A DNA stretch of 55,235 nt from Clostridia bacterium (GTDB taxonomy: Bacteria; Bacillota; Clostridia; Oscillospirales; CAG-382). The notes below the pieces were generated by a model. It searched no databases, was not told where the DNA came from, and saw only the letters and a list, made by a program, of their open reading frames with translations. The stretch lies in the NCBI GenBank assembly GCA_017629175.1, contig JAGBXS010000079.1, positions 1 through 55,235 of the forward strand, in the 5' to 3' direction. Both the position numbers and the translations under genes were made by a program. Positions 18,851 through 27,426 of this stretch are shown here, piece after piece (position 1 is the first letter of the stretch; every line of letters starts with the position of its first letter).

Positions 18851-19792
18851 ATGCATACAGTGGCATTCCCCGGTTTAGGGCTGTCTTTTGAGATCAATTC
18901 CGTAGCATTTTCCATTTTCGGCATCGAAGTCAAATGGTACGGCATCATCATCACCACAGGCATCTGCTTGGCATTGTTTATGTTCTACACCTATGCCAAG
19001 AAGAAGGAAGGTCTCCCCGAGGATCATCTGTACAATCTGGCCTTGATCACCGTGCCCGTTGCCATCATCGGCGCACGCGCGATGTACGTGGTCACGGAAT
19101 GGGACCGTTATCAAGGCGACTTTATGAAGATGATCAACATCCGCGAGGGCGGACTTGCCATTTACGGTGCCATCATCTTCGGTATCATCACCGTGTATAC
19201 CTATTCCCGCATCACCAAGCTCAGCACTTTGAAGCTGATGGACGCGGCGGCTCCCGCTGTAATGATCGGCCAGGCCATCGGCAGATGGGGCAACTTTATG
19301 AACGCCGAGGCCTACGGCTACTCCCCCGGAGTGGAAAATCTGCCCTGGCGCATGGAGATCACCGATGCTCTGGGCAACGTTACCGTGGCGCACCCCACTT
19401 TCCTGTACGAATCCCTTTGGAATGTGGTGGGCATTCTGCTGATCTATCTGATCTTCTACAAAAAGAAGAAGTTTGACGGACAGATCATCTTCACCTACCT
19501 GGGTTGGTACGGTTTTGGCAGAATGTGGATCGAGATGCTGCGTACCGACAGCTTGTACCTGTTCAAGGGTCTGCTGGGCGAGACCATCAAGATCTCCGTG
19601 TTCATCGGTGCGGTTTCCGTTATCGTCAGCATTATCGGTATGACCGTGCTTGCCCGCAAGGCAAAGGCAAAAGCAGAAAAAGAAGCCTATACCCCCAAGT
19701 TCGCTTCCGTAAAGGTGGAGACAGTGGAGGAAGCAGAGCTCCCCGCAGAAGAGGCCTCCGAGGAAGTTACCGAACAGACTCCCGAAGAATAA
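18851..19792 (+). CDS. lgt: prolipoprotein diacylglyceryl transferase
   Basis: WYGIIITTG and GRWGNFMNAEAYG motifs. I chose the start at 18851 (SD GAAGGAAAGGA 9-10 nt upstream); an ATG at 18842 is also possible. Confidence 0.9.
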   Translation: MHTVAFPGLGLSFEINSVAFSIFGIEVKWYGIIITTGICLALFMFYTYAKKKEGLPEDHLYNLALITVPVAIIGARAMYVVTEWDRYQGDFMKMINIREGGLAIYGAIIFGIITVYTYSRITKLSTLKLMDAAAPAVMIGQAIGRWGNFMNAEAYGYSPGVENLPWRMEITDALGNVTVAHPTFLYESLWNVVGILLIYLIFYKKKKFDGQIIFTYLGWYGFGRMWIEMLRTDSLYLFKGLLGETIKISVFIGAVSVIVSIIGMTVLARKAKAKAEKEAYTPKFASVKVETVEEAELPAEEASEEVTEQTPEE

Positions 19793-19797
19793 AAAAC

Positions 19798-19823
19798 GAG
19801 CGACGCTGTGAAAAGCGTCGCTC
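19798..19823. terminator. bidirectional intrinsic terminator between lgt (+) and the ADP-ribosylglycohydrolase gene (-)
   Basis: 10-bp stem gagcgacgct / agcgtcgctc, flanked by an A-run upstream and T-rich sequence downstream. Confidence 0.75.
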
Positions 19824-19829
19824 TTGCTT

Positions 19830-21161
19830 TTATCCGTTCAGTTTTTCGTGCAAGGCCTTGACCTCTTCCGCAAAGCCCTTGATGGAGTAATTGTCGTAGG
19901 GGGTGACACCCACGGTGAATTTGTCCTTCATGGCGTCGGCAAGGTCTGCGGGAATGCCTTCTCTGCCCAGCAAAGCGCCCATAAAGGAGCCTACGGTGGC
20001 ACCGTTGCAGTCGGTATCCATACCGCATTCAATGGAGAATGCAACCGCACCGCGGAAATCGTTCTTATAGCGCATAATGGCGGCGATGCAGAAGGTAGCG
20101 TTGTTGATGGTGTGTACGCGGTGGTATTTCACCCCGTTCTTGTACAGGGTATCCATCAGCTCTTCTCTGCCCATGTCGGATTCCGCCAGCTTCTTCGCCC
20201 ACTTCATTTCCTCGGCGAAGCGGCAGTTTGCGGGGATGGTGGCCATGGCGATATCGAAGCACTTCTCCACGTCCTTTTCCGTAAAGGCGGCGGCAATCAT
20301 GGCGGCAAAGAACATCTCGCCGTAGATACCGTTCTTCACGTGGGAGAAGGAAGCATCCACAAAAGCCAGCTCGGAGGCCTTGATGGGCATACCGGCGCAA
20401 ACGTAGGCAAAAGCGTCGGCACGAATCTGGGCACCGATCCACTCACGGTAGGGGTTCAGATAGGTGGAGATCTTTGCCTTGCGCATCATTTCCTCCGGGT
20501 TCTCCGGCTTGCTCCAAGCCATTACGTCCTCGCAGTTGATGAAGTTCAAGTATGCCTGGCTTTCTGCGGTGAACACAAAGCGGAAAGGCAGCTTGTAGGA
20601 CCACATATTGCCCACGTCGTAGGCATCCATGGCAAAGCCTTTTTCTTTGAGAAGCAGATAGTTCAGCACGGTGAAACGGGTGTCGTCATCCAGGCCCATG
20701 CCGTCGATCTTCTCGTCGGTGCTGAAATGCTCTCTATGATTTTCACCGGATCTTGCCGGGAAGAAATAGGATACGGGATACTTGCCCGCCTCCTTGTACC
20801 ACTTGCGGATGTCCTCCATGGCCCATCCTTCACAGGGCTGACCCCAAGCACAGCCGATACATCTGCCCAGCCATGCGCCGTGGAAGTAGGTAAGCTCCAC
20901 AGGGGCAAATTTGTCTGCGGGGAGGGCGTCTACCTTGCTTGCTTTTTTGATGTCTGCAAGAAGGCTGGGCTCGTCATAGGGGAAGTCCGCCCGCATGGGG
21001 AGGGCTTGCAATTTTTCGTAAACCTCCAGCAGTTTTTTTGTATCACTGCCGCAGGCATCTATTTCTTTTTTCCAAAAATCACGGTCAATGTCTCTGCCCT
21101 CTTCCAAAAGCTGCGTAAGCTCGTCGGTGATCAGCCATTCCATTCTTCCGCTTCCTGCCAT
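19830..21161 (-). CDS. ADP-ribosylglycohydrolase-family protein (enlarged, 443 aa)
   Basis: Family-typical acidic metal-site clusters (GLDDDTRFT; CGMDTDCNGATVGSFMGALLG). SD AAAGGAGA 8 nt upstream of the ATG. Confidence 0.85.
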   Translation of the reverse strand: MAGSGRMEWLITDELTQLLEEGRDIDRDFWKKEIDACGSDTKKLLEVYEKLQALPMRADFPYDEPSLLADIKKASKVDALPADKFAPVELTYFHGAWLGRCIGCAWGQPCEGWAMEDIRKWYKEAGKYPVSYFFPARSGENHREHFSTDEKIDGMGLDDDTRFTVLNYLLLKEKGFAMDAYDVGNMWSYKLPFRFVFTAESQAYLNFINCEDVMAWSKPENPEEMMRKAKISTYLNPYREWIGAQIRADAFAYVCAGMPIKASELAFVDASFSHVKNGIYGEMFFAAMIAAAFTEKDVEKCFDIAMATIPANCRFAEEMKWAKKLAESDMGREELMDTLYKNGVKYHRVHTINNATFCIAAIMRYKNDFRGAVAFSIECGMDTDCNGATVGSFMGALLGREGIPADLADAMKDKFTVGVTPYDNYSIKGFAEEVKALHEKLNG

Positions 21162-21194
21162 ATGTAAGTCTCCTTTGTCAAAAGCGTTTTTTTC

Positions 21195-21223
21195 AGTTTA
21201 GCATAAATGCTTTAGGTTGTCAA
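21195..21223 (-). promoter_or_regulatory. sigma-A-type promoter for the ADP-ribosylglycohydrolase gene
   Basis: Minus strand: TTGACA, 17 nt, TAAACT with TGn. Confidence 0.55.
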
Positions 21224-21251
21224 GAAAAAGAAGCGCCGAAACGACGCTTCT
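21224..21251 (-). terminator. intrinsic terminator ending the 24545..21261 operon
   Basis: Minus strand: gaagcgtcg ttt cggcgcttc hairpin followed by TTTTTC. Confidence 0.65.
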
Positions 21252-21260
21252 TTCAATGCT

Positions 21261-22310
21261 TTATTGCTGCAAGAACTTTTTCATCAGGTCTGCTACCTTC
21301 ACGGCGGTGTCGGGACAGCCTGCATAGTAAGCGGTGGGATACTTCCCTACGAACTCGCCGAAGGCCTTCTCGTAGGCAAAGTAACGGCTGGGGTAATCTT
21401 CCTTGTCGAAGAACTGGTGGTCGATCTCCATCTCAAAGCCGATGACGGTCCCAGAGGTCTTCTCTCCGCCGATGACACTGCCGTCGGTATCGATGACCTG
21501 CTGTTGTCTCACACATTCCGCCACGATGCCCAGCTCCGGTGTCCGCTCTGCACGGAAGAAATAGGAGGGCTGGATGATGACGGTATCGAAGATGTTCGTA
21601 CGGTTGGCCACGTGCCCCAAAGTGGTATGGGAGCAAGCGGCACCGTGATAGTACGGGATCCACAGGCATTCCTTGCCGTAGCTGTGGGCCACATCGGAAA
21701 CTCTGCGCATGGAATATACCATGGGGCTGTGGAAATCTTCCTCGGGGCAGGAGGGATCAAACTTGGTGTAATACGCGGTGACGATGTCCTCCAAAGAGAC
21801 GTAGATGCCCTGCACGTTGTTCTCCCAGATCTCGCTCTCCAGCACCTCTTTCACGCGGTGAATGCCGTACACCCAGGCATCTGCAAAGAGATGAGTGAGC
21901 GCATGGAGGCAACCCTCCAGAGGAGCGGAGAACCAGAGCTTCACGGTGGGATCCAGCTTCACCAGCCGCCTGGCATAGGCCACGGCATCCTCCACGTAGT
22001 CGTCCATGTGGAAGTTGGAACGGAGATAGGTCTCAATACGGGGCGCATACTCCGATTTGATAGCCTCCAACATATTGGGATCTGCCACCATGTCGGGGGT
22101 CAAAGAATCCAAGGTATGCTCGTCCAGCACCTGCTTCTCGTTGCCGCTTTCATCTCTGTAACGGTTGAAGGTGGCGATGGGGATCAAGAGGATCTCGTTG
22201 CTTGCCGAGAGGAGCTTTTGCAGCTCCTCATCGGTGGGATTGTAATATTTGGCTCCGCTGTGACCCCAATAGCTTGTGTACAGCAGAATACCCTTTTGCA
22301 TGCCTGCCAC
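21261..22310 (-). CDS. uncharacterised protein (possibly DUF4855 / glycoside-hydrolase-like TIM-barrel family; recollection only)
   Basis: 349 aa with coding-like composition and CLWIPYY / IIQPSYFF motifs. Start is the GTG at 22310 or the ATG at 22301. Lies 9 nt downstream of the fusion gene. Confidence 0.6.
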   Translation of the reverse strand: MAGMQKGILLYTSYWGHSGAKYYNPTDEELQKLLSASNEILLIPIATFNRYRDESGNEKQVLDEHTLDSLTPDMVADPNMLEAIKSEYAPRIETYLRSNFHMDDYVEDAVAYARRLVKLDPTVKLWFSAPLEGCLHALTHLFADAWVYGIHRVKEVLESEIWENNVQGIYVSLEDIVTAYYTKFDPSCPEEDFHSPMVYSMRRVSDVAHSYGKECLWIPYYHGAACSHTTLGHVANRTNIFDTVIIQPSYFFRAERTPELGIVAECVRQQQVIDTDGSVIGGEKTSGTVIGFEMEIDHQFFDKEDYPSRYFAYEKAFGEFVGKYPTAYYAGCPDTAVKVADLMKKFLQQ

Positions 22311-22319
22311 GGGTGGAAA

Positions 22320-24053
22320 TTAAACCTCAACCCAAACGCCGGGAGTCTTGAGGGCGCGGTTGCCCGCCTCGATGACTGCCATGATGGCAACGGTCTCGTC
22401 GTGAGCGGCGTAGATCTTACCGGTGCGGAAGAAATCCAGCATGGAGGAGATGAAGTTGGGGAAGGTGTTGGTCATAGCGGGGATCTTCACGTTGGTGCCG
22501 TCGGCATAGCTTGCCACGAACTCAAAGTCGATACCGCCGTTCCAGCCGTAGTGAGACATCACAGCACTTCTGCCGTCTGCAAACTCCAGCACCATGGATT
22601 CGTACTTACCGCTGCCGATAGACATGACGCGGCTGACGTTGCTGCCCATCAGCATCAGCATGGGCTCCAGCTGGTGGATAGCGTAGGTATCGAAGTTGCC
22701 GGGGCCGCGGGAGTTGATGTAAACGATGCCTTCCTTGGAAAGAGTCTTCAGCTCGTCTGCAAAGCGGAGCGCGGAGGAGGAGAAGAAGGGAGTGTTGTTC
22801 TCTTCACCCAGCTTCACCAGATCAACGGCGATCTGCTTGGTGAGGGCAAAGGTCTTGTCTACGTAAACGGGCTTGCCGCTACGCAAGGGCAGCTGGCAGA
22901 GATCCCAGTGTCTTTCGGGGTTATCGGGGCTCATTACCACCAGGCAGTCGCTCTTTTCTACCACTTCCTCGATGGAATCGCACTTCTGGATGCCGAACTT
23001 AGCACAGAATTCATCGGTGGTCATAGTGCCGCCGGGCTTCTTGTCCAGCTCTGCGTAAGCGTAAGCTACCACAAACTCACAGTCGGGGTCAGCGTTACGG
23101 ATGAACTGGGGATAGTTGAGGGCGTGCCACTCTTCCAGGAAGTAATCGATAAAGCCGATCTTCTTCACTTTCTTGTCGCTGATTTTGCTCTTCAAGAAGT
23201 TAACAGCCTTCAGAATATCTGCGTAGGGATCGTCGCCGCACTCACGCTCAACGGTGAGGAAGCCCTTGTAGCCGATGTCCTCAAGAGCCTTGAGGTATGC
23301 GTCGAAGGGAACGTTGCCCTCGCCCAGAGGAACCTCTAAGAAGTAATCGGAGAGACGGAGATCCTCGATACCACCCTCTGCAAAGAAGGTGTAAACCTTA
23401 CGGGGATCGATGATAAAGCCCTTGCCGTCCTTGGCATGGGTGTGAACGATGTAATCGCCCAAGGTATAAACTGCGGCAACGGGGTCGGTACCGGTGCACA
23501 TTACTAGGTTAGCGGGGTCCATATTAACGCCAAAGCCCTTGCTGTTGACGTCGTCCAGGAAAGCCTTCAGACGGTCTGCGGGCTCGGGGCCGGTCTCGAT
23601 GGCGAAGGTGACGCCAACGGAGGCGGCATACTCACCGATCTCACGGCAAGCGGCAACCATGTTCTGATATGCCTCGCAAGCGGTGTCTGCCTTTGCGGGA
23701 TCAGCGGGATCCTCGGGAACTACGCCGATGTGAGTGGTGACGACCTTGGTGCCCAAGCGGACCGCCAGATCTGCCACTGCCTTGGATGCGGGAATCTTCC
23801 ATGCGTTCTCGTCTGCACGCTCAAAGCCGTGGCCGCCGAAATCGCCGCAAACCGCGGAGATCACCAAGCCGTACTGCTCCAAGAGAGCGCGAACACGGGC
23901 AACCTTTGCGTCATCAAAGGTATCGTACTTCATTTCGCCGTCTACCACGTAAAGCTGAATGCCCTGCGCGCCTACCTCGGCAGCCTTTGCCAATCCCTGC
24001 TCAAAGGGAAGTTTGAAGGAGTCGGTCATAACGCCGATTTGAAACTTTGCCAT
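22320..24053 (-). CDS. fusion protein: xylose-isomerase-like TIM barrel (sugar phosphate isomerase/epimerase family) + Gfo/Idh/MocA-like domain
   Basis: The N-terminal ~285 aa resemble the AP_endonuc_2/IolE-like fold (THIGV, AIETG, HAKDG, VERE). The C-terminal ~290 aa resemble the GFO fold (SPDNPERHWDL...SGKPVYVDKT), but GxGxxG and EKP are degenerate. SD AGAGG. Confidence 0.85.
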   Translation of the reverse strand: MAKFQIGVMTDSFKLPFEQGLAKAAEVGAQGIQLYVVDGEMKYDTFDDAKVARVRALLEQYGLVISAVCGDFGGHGFERADENAWKIPASKAVADLAVRLGTKVVTTHIGVVPEDPADPAKADTACEAYQNMVAACREIGEYAASVGVTFAIETGPEPADRLKAFLDDVNSKGFGVNMDPANLVMCTGTDPVAAVYTLGDYIVHTHAKDGKGFIIDPRKVYTFFAEGGIEDLRLSDYFLEVPLGEGNVPFDAYLKALEDIGYKGFLTVERECGDDPYADILKAVNFLKSKISDKKVKKIGFIDYFLEEWHALNYPQFIRNADPDCEFVVAYAYAELDKKPGGTMTTDEFCAKFGIQKCDSIEEVVEKSDCLVVMSPDNPERHWDLCQLPLRSGKPVYVDKTFALTKQIAVDLVKLGEENNTPFFSSSALRFADELKTLSKEGIVYINSRGPGNFDTYAIHQLEPMLMLMGSNVSRVMSIGSGKYESMVLEFADGRSAVMSHYGWNGGIDFEFVASYADGTNVKIPAMTNTFPNFISSMLDFFRTGKIYAAHDETVAIMAVIEAGNRALKTPGVWVEV

Positions 24054-24086
24054 TTTTGTTACCTCTTTATGTTTAATTTTTTTGAC

Positions 24087-24545
24087 TTAAATAAGCATTT
24101 CGAACAGGCCCTTTGCCGTCAAAGAAAGGGTCAGCATGATGGCTCCCGCCGTGACCACGCCTAAGGCAATGGGCAGGAAGCATTTGCGAAGCTTGAGCCC
24201 CAAAAGGATGGAGATCAACGCACCCGTCCACGCCCCGGTGCCGGGCAAGGGAATGGCAACGAAGAGGAACAGACCCCAAAACAGAGTCTTCTTCATCTGT
24301 GCCACCTTGCGATCCCCGATCTCTAAGATCTTGCGGAAGGGCTTTCCCAGCTTGGGAAAGGAAGCAAACCAGTTCAGCACCTTACCGCCGAACAGGATGA
24401 GGAAGGGTATGGGAAGCAGGTTGCCCACCACGGAGATCAGGATCACGGGCAGGATATCCAGCCCGAAGCCGATACCGTAGGGAATGGCTCCTCTCAGCTC
24501 CACGATGGGAAGCATACTAATCAAAAACGTAATCAGATAATTCAT
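24087..24545 (-). CDS. small membrane protein of the putative small multidrug export family (COG2426 / Sm_multidrug_ex)
   Basis: 152 aa with 4 TM helices and the N-terminal LPIVELRGAIPYG motif typical of the family. AAGGAGAG SD. Confidence 0.8.
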   Translation of the reverse strand: MNYLITFLISMLPIVELRGAIPYGIGFGLDILPVILISVVGNLLPIPFLILFGGKVLNWFASFPKLGKPFRKILEIGDRKVAQMKKTLFWGLFLFVAIPLPGTGAWTGALISILLGLKLRKCFLPIALGVVTAGAIMLTLSLTAKGLFEMLI

Positions 24546-24580
24546 GAACGAAATGGACTCTCCTTGGTTTTTACGCCCTC

Positions 24581-24609
24581 ATTATACTATAAAATTTCGG
24601 TTTTGGCAA
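24581..24609 (-). promoter_or_regulatory. near-consensus sigma-A promoter for the 24545..21261 operon
   Basis: Minus strand: TTGCCA, 17 nt, TATAAT. Confidence 0.6.
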
Positions 24610-24614
24610 GTCTT

Positions 24615-25304
24615 TTATGGCTCGCCGATATGTTTTTTGATCTTTTCCAAGGCGGCTTTCTCGATACGGGACACGTAGGAACGGGAGATCCCCATTCGCA
24701 CCGCCACTTCTCTCTGGGCGTAGGTTTTTCCGCTTTCCGTCATGCCGTAGCGCAAGGCGATCACCCTGCGTTCCCGCTCATCCAGAACGTCCCGCACCGC
24801 ATCGTAGATCTTGCTATGCTTGATCTTGGTGTCCAACGCCTCCACGATATCCTCATCGTCGGAGAGAATATCCATGTAGGTGAGGGGATTTCCCTCTTTA
24901 TCCACGTCCACGGGCTCGTTGATGGAGGTCTCCATGGCGTGCTTCTTTTGGGAACGGAAATACATTAAGATCTCGTTTTGCAGGCACTTCCCTGCATAGG
25001 TAGCGAAGCGTGCGCCTTTTTCAACGTCAAAGCTGTCGATGGCTTTGATCAGACCCACCGTTCCCACGGAAATCAGATCGTCCTGCTCCCGATAGGAAAG
25101 GTAATACTTTTTGACGATGTGCGCCACCAAGCGGAGATTATGCTCGATCAAGGTATTGCGGGCAGAAAGATCTCCCCCGCGGGCTTTTAGAAACAGCTCC
25201 TTCTCCCGCTCCTTGGAAAGGGGCGGCGGAAAGGAGTTCGCTCCTCCCGCACGGAGGAACAAGCCCACAAAACGGGACAAAACGGAAAGAATTGCTTGAA
25301 ACAT
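24615..25304 (-). CDS. sigK: sporulation sigma factor SigK (pro-sigma-K, uninterrupted)
   Basis: IEHNLRLVAHIVKKY and GLIKAIDSF match the sigma-K type better than sigma-E (IERNLRLVVYIARKF). A hydrophobic ~25-aa pro-sequence precedes FPPPLS. Confidence 0.8.
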   Translation of the reverse strand: MFQAILSVLSRFVGLFLRAGGANSFPPPLSKEREKELFLKARGGDLSARNTLIEHNLRLVAHIVKKYYLSYREQDDLISVGTVGLIKAIDSFDVEKGARFATYAGKCLQNEILMYFRSQKKHAMETSINEPVDVDKEGNPLTYMDILSDDEDIVEALDTKIKHSKIYDAVRDVLDERERRVIALRYGMTESGKTYAQREVAVRMGISRSYVSRIEKAALEKIKKHIGEP

Positions 25305-25348
25305 GAACCATCACCCTCCACAAGGTATGAGAGGGTGCTTGTACAATA

Positions 25349-26584
25349 TTACCCGCGGATCTGACCGTTCCCCCATGCCACGTATTTCACCGTGGTGAGG
25401 GCGGAAAGCCCCATGGGGCCTCTGGCGTGCATCTTTTGGGTGGAGATACCGATCTCCGCGCCAAACCCGAATTCCCCGCCGTCGGTGAAGCGGGTGGAAG
25501 CGTTGACGTATACCGCCGCGGCGTCGATGCCTGCGGTGAAGCGGTTTGCGTTGGTAAGGCTTTCCGTAATAATGGCCTCGGAATGGCCGGTGTTGTGAGC
25601 GTTGATAAAGGAGATGGCTTCTTCCACGCCCCCTACCACCTTCACATGGAGGATCAGATCGTTGTACTCCGTATAGAAATCCTCCTCGGTGGCGGGAAGA
25701 CAATCGGGCAACAAAGCACAGGTCTCCTCACAGCCGCGGAATTCCACGCCCACAAGCCGTTCCCGCAGTAAGGGCAGGAAGACACCCGCAATCTCACGAT
25801 GCACCACAAGGCCTTCGGCGGCGTTACAGACGGAAGGTCTCTGCCGCTTGGCGTTGTCCACCACGGAAAGTGCCATTTCCAAATTCGCAGAGGCATCTAC
25901 GTAAACGTGGCAGTTCCCCGCACCGGTCTCGATTACGGGAACGGAGGCGTTGTCTACCACGGAACGGATCAAATTCTTGCCCCCTCTGGGGATGAGCAGA
26001 TCCACCACGCCCCGCAGCTGCATCAGCTGGGTGGCAGTCTCTCGGGAGGGATCCTCCGGCATGGAGATACAATCCGCAGGCAATCCTACGGACACCATGG
26101 CCTCCCGCAGGGAGTTCACCATGGCGCAGTTGGTAAAGAAGGCTTCCTTGCCGCCTCTCAGCACCACGCAGTTGCCGGATTTCACCGCCAGCGCGGCGGC
26201 ATCTGCCGTCACGTTGGGGCGTGCCTCGTAGATCATGGCGATGAGTCCGATGGGCACGGTGATACGGCGGATGGAAAGCCCGTTGGGGCGCACCCATTCC
26301 TCTCCCAGACCCAAGGGATCGGGGAGGGCGGCAACCTCCTCCAATGCAGAGGCGATGGACCCAAGACGGGCTTCCGTCAAGGTCAAACGGTCTATCATCT
26401 GGGCGGGAACGCCGTTTTCCGCGGCATTTGCCAGGTCTTTTTTGTTAGCTTCCAGAATGAGATCCAAGTCCCGCATCAACAGCTTGGCCATGGCCAGCAA
26501 CGCGTCGTTGCGCTGTTTGCCGGAAGCGGATTGCAAGGCGGGGATGGCTTCCCTGCCAAGCAAGCAAAGTTCACGAACGGTCAT
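25349..26584 (-). CDS. proA: glutamate-5-semialdehyde dehydrogenase
   Basis: 411 aa with the catalytic CNAAE context (PSVCNAAEGL) and C-terminal NASTRFTDG. Confidence 0.95.
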   Translation of the reverse strand: MTVRELCLLGREAIPALQSASGKQRNDALLAMAKLLMRDLDLILEANKKDLANAAENGVPAQMIDRLTLTEARLGSIASALEEVAALPDPLGLGEEWVRPNGLSIRRITVPIGLIAMIYEARPNVTADAAALAVKSGNCVVLRGGKEAFFTNCAMVNSLREAMVSVGLPADCISMPEDPSRETATQLMQLRGVVDLLIPRGGKNLIRSVVDNASVPVIETGAGNCHVYVDASANLEMALSVVDNAKRQRPSVCNAAEGLVVHREIAGVFLPLLRERLVGVEFRGCEETCALLPDCLPATEEDFYTEYNDLILHVKVVGGVEEAISFINAHNTGHSEAIITESLTNANRFTAGIDAAAVYVNASTRFTDGGEFGFGAEIGISTQKMHARGPMGLSALTTVKYVAWGNGQIRG

Positions 26585-27381
26585 ACCTGAGTTCCTTTCG
26601 CTTCAAAATACGTACCGATGAAGGTACCGTCCATAATGGCGTAGAGCATGGCGGGATCGTCACCGTTGCAGATGATCATGGGGATCCCTGCTTCCGTCAC
26701 CGTGCGGGCACTCTGGAGCTTTGCCACCATGCCGCCGGTACCACGGGCAGAGCCTGCACCGCCTGCCGCCGCCTCGATCTCGGGGGTGATCTCCGCAACG
26801 CAATCGATCAAGGTCGCGTTGGGATCTCTGCGGGGGTCTGCGGTATACAAGCCGTCGATATCCGACATATTCACCAGCAGGTCGGCATCGGAAAGCAATG
26901 CCACCACTGCGGAAAGGGTATCGTTACTGCCAAAACGGATCTGCTCCCCGGAAACGGTATCGTTCTCGTTGACAACGGGAATCACCCCCGCCTCCAAAAG
27001 GGTCTCCAAGGTGTTCTTAGCGTTGGCGTAACGCACCTCGCTGTCCACCACGTCCTTGGTCAAAAGCAACTGTGCCACCACGTGGCCGTACTGGGCAAAC
27101 TCCTTGGAGTACATACCGATAAGGTCGCACTGCCCCACGGATGCCGCCGCCTGCTTTTGCTGTAACGTCAAGGTGTCCCGATTGAAATGGAGCTTGGCAA
27201 GGCCGCATCCCACGGCACCGGAGGAAACCAGAATCACGTCTTTGCCCGTGTTCTTGATATCCGCCAGACAGCGAACCAATTTCTCAATCTTTCTTAAATT
27301 CATCGTACCGCCCTCGTGGGTCAGGGTAGAAGTACCCACCTTTACCACGATGCGCTGAAAAGAGTCTGTTTTTATCCTCAT
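26581..27381 (-). CDS. proB: glutamate 5-kinase (short form, no PUA domain)
   Basis: IVVKVGTSTLT N-terminus, amino acid kinase fold, 4-nt overlap with proA. Confidence 0.93.
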   Translation of the reverse strand: MRIKTDSFQRIVVKVGTSTLTHEGGTMNLRKIEKLVRCLADIKNTGKDVILVSSGAVGCGLAKLHFNRDTLTLQQKQAAASVGQCDLIGMYSKEFAQYGHVVAQLLLTKDVVDSEVRYANAKNTLETLLEAGVIPVVNENDTVSGEQIRFGSNDTLSAVVALLSDADLLVNMSDIDGLYTADPRRDPNATLIDCVAEITPEIEAAAGGAGSARGTGGMVAKLQSARTVTEAGIPMIICNGDDPAMLYAIMDGTFIGTYFEAKGTQV

Positions 27382-27397
27382 AACGATAACTTTCTTC

Positions 27398-27426
27398 TTG
27401 ATATTTTACTTCAATGGTATTATAAT
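27398..27426 (+). promoter_or_regulatory. candidate sigma-A promoter for maf
   Basis: TTGATA, 17 nt, TATAAT. Confidence 0.45.

Noticed and set aside
19824-21167. 447-aa plus-strand ORF
   Set aside because: Mirror of the ADP-ribosylglycohydrolase gene. Only the minus-strand product shows family motifs and an SD.
21264-23339. 691-aa plus-strand ORF
   Set aside because: It spans two separate minus-strand genes and their junction, has a low-complexity G/V/H/L-rich product and no SD. It is a shadow ORF.
24615-25304. Possible skin-type prophage interruption of sigK
   Set aside because: The ORF is continuous from the pro-sequence through region 4 (..ISRSYVSRIEKAAL..), so there is no interruption.
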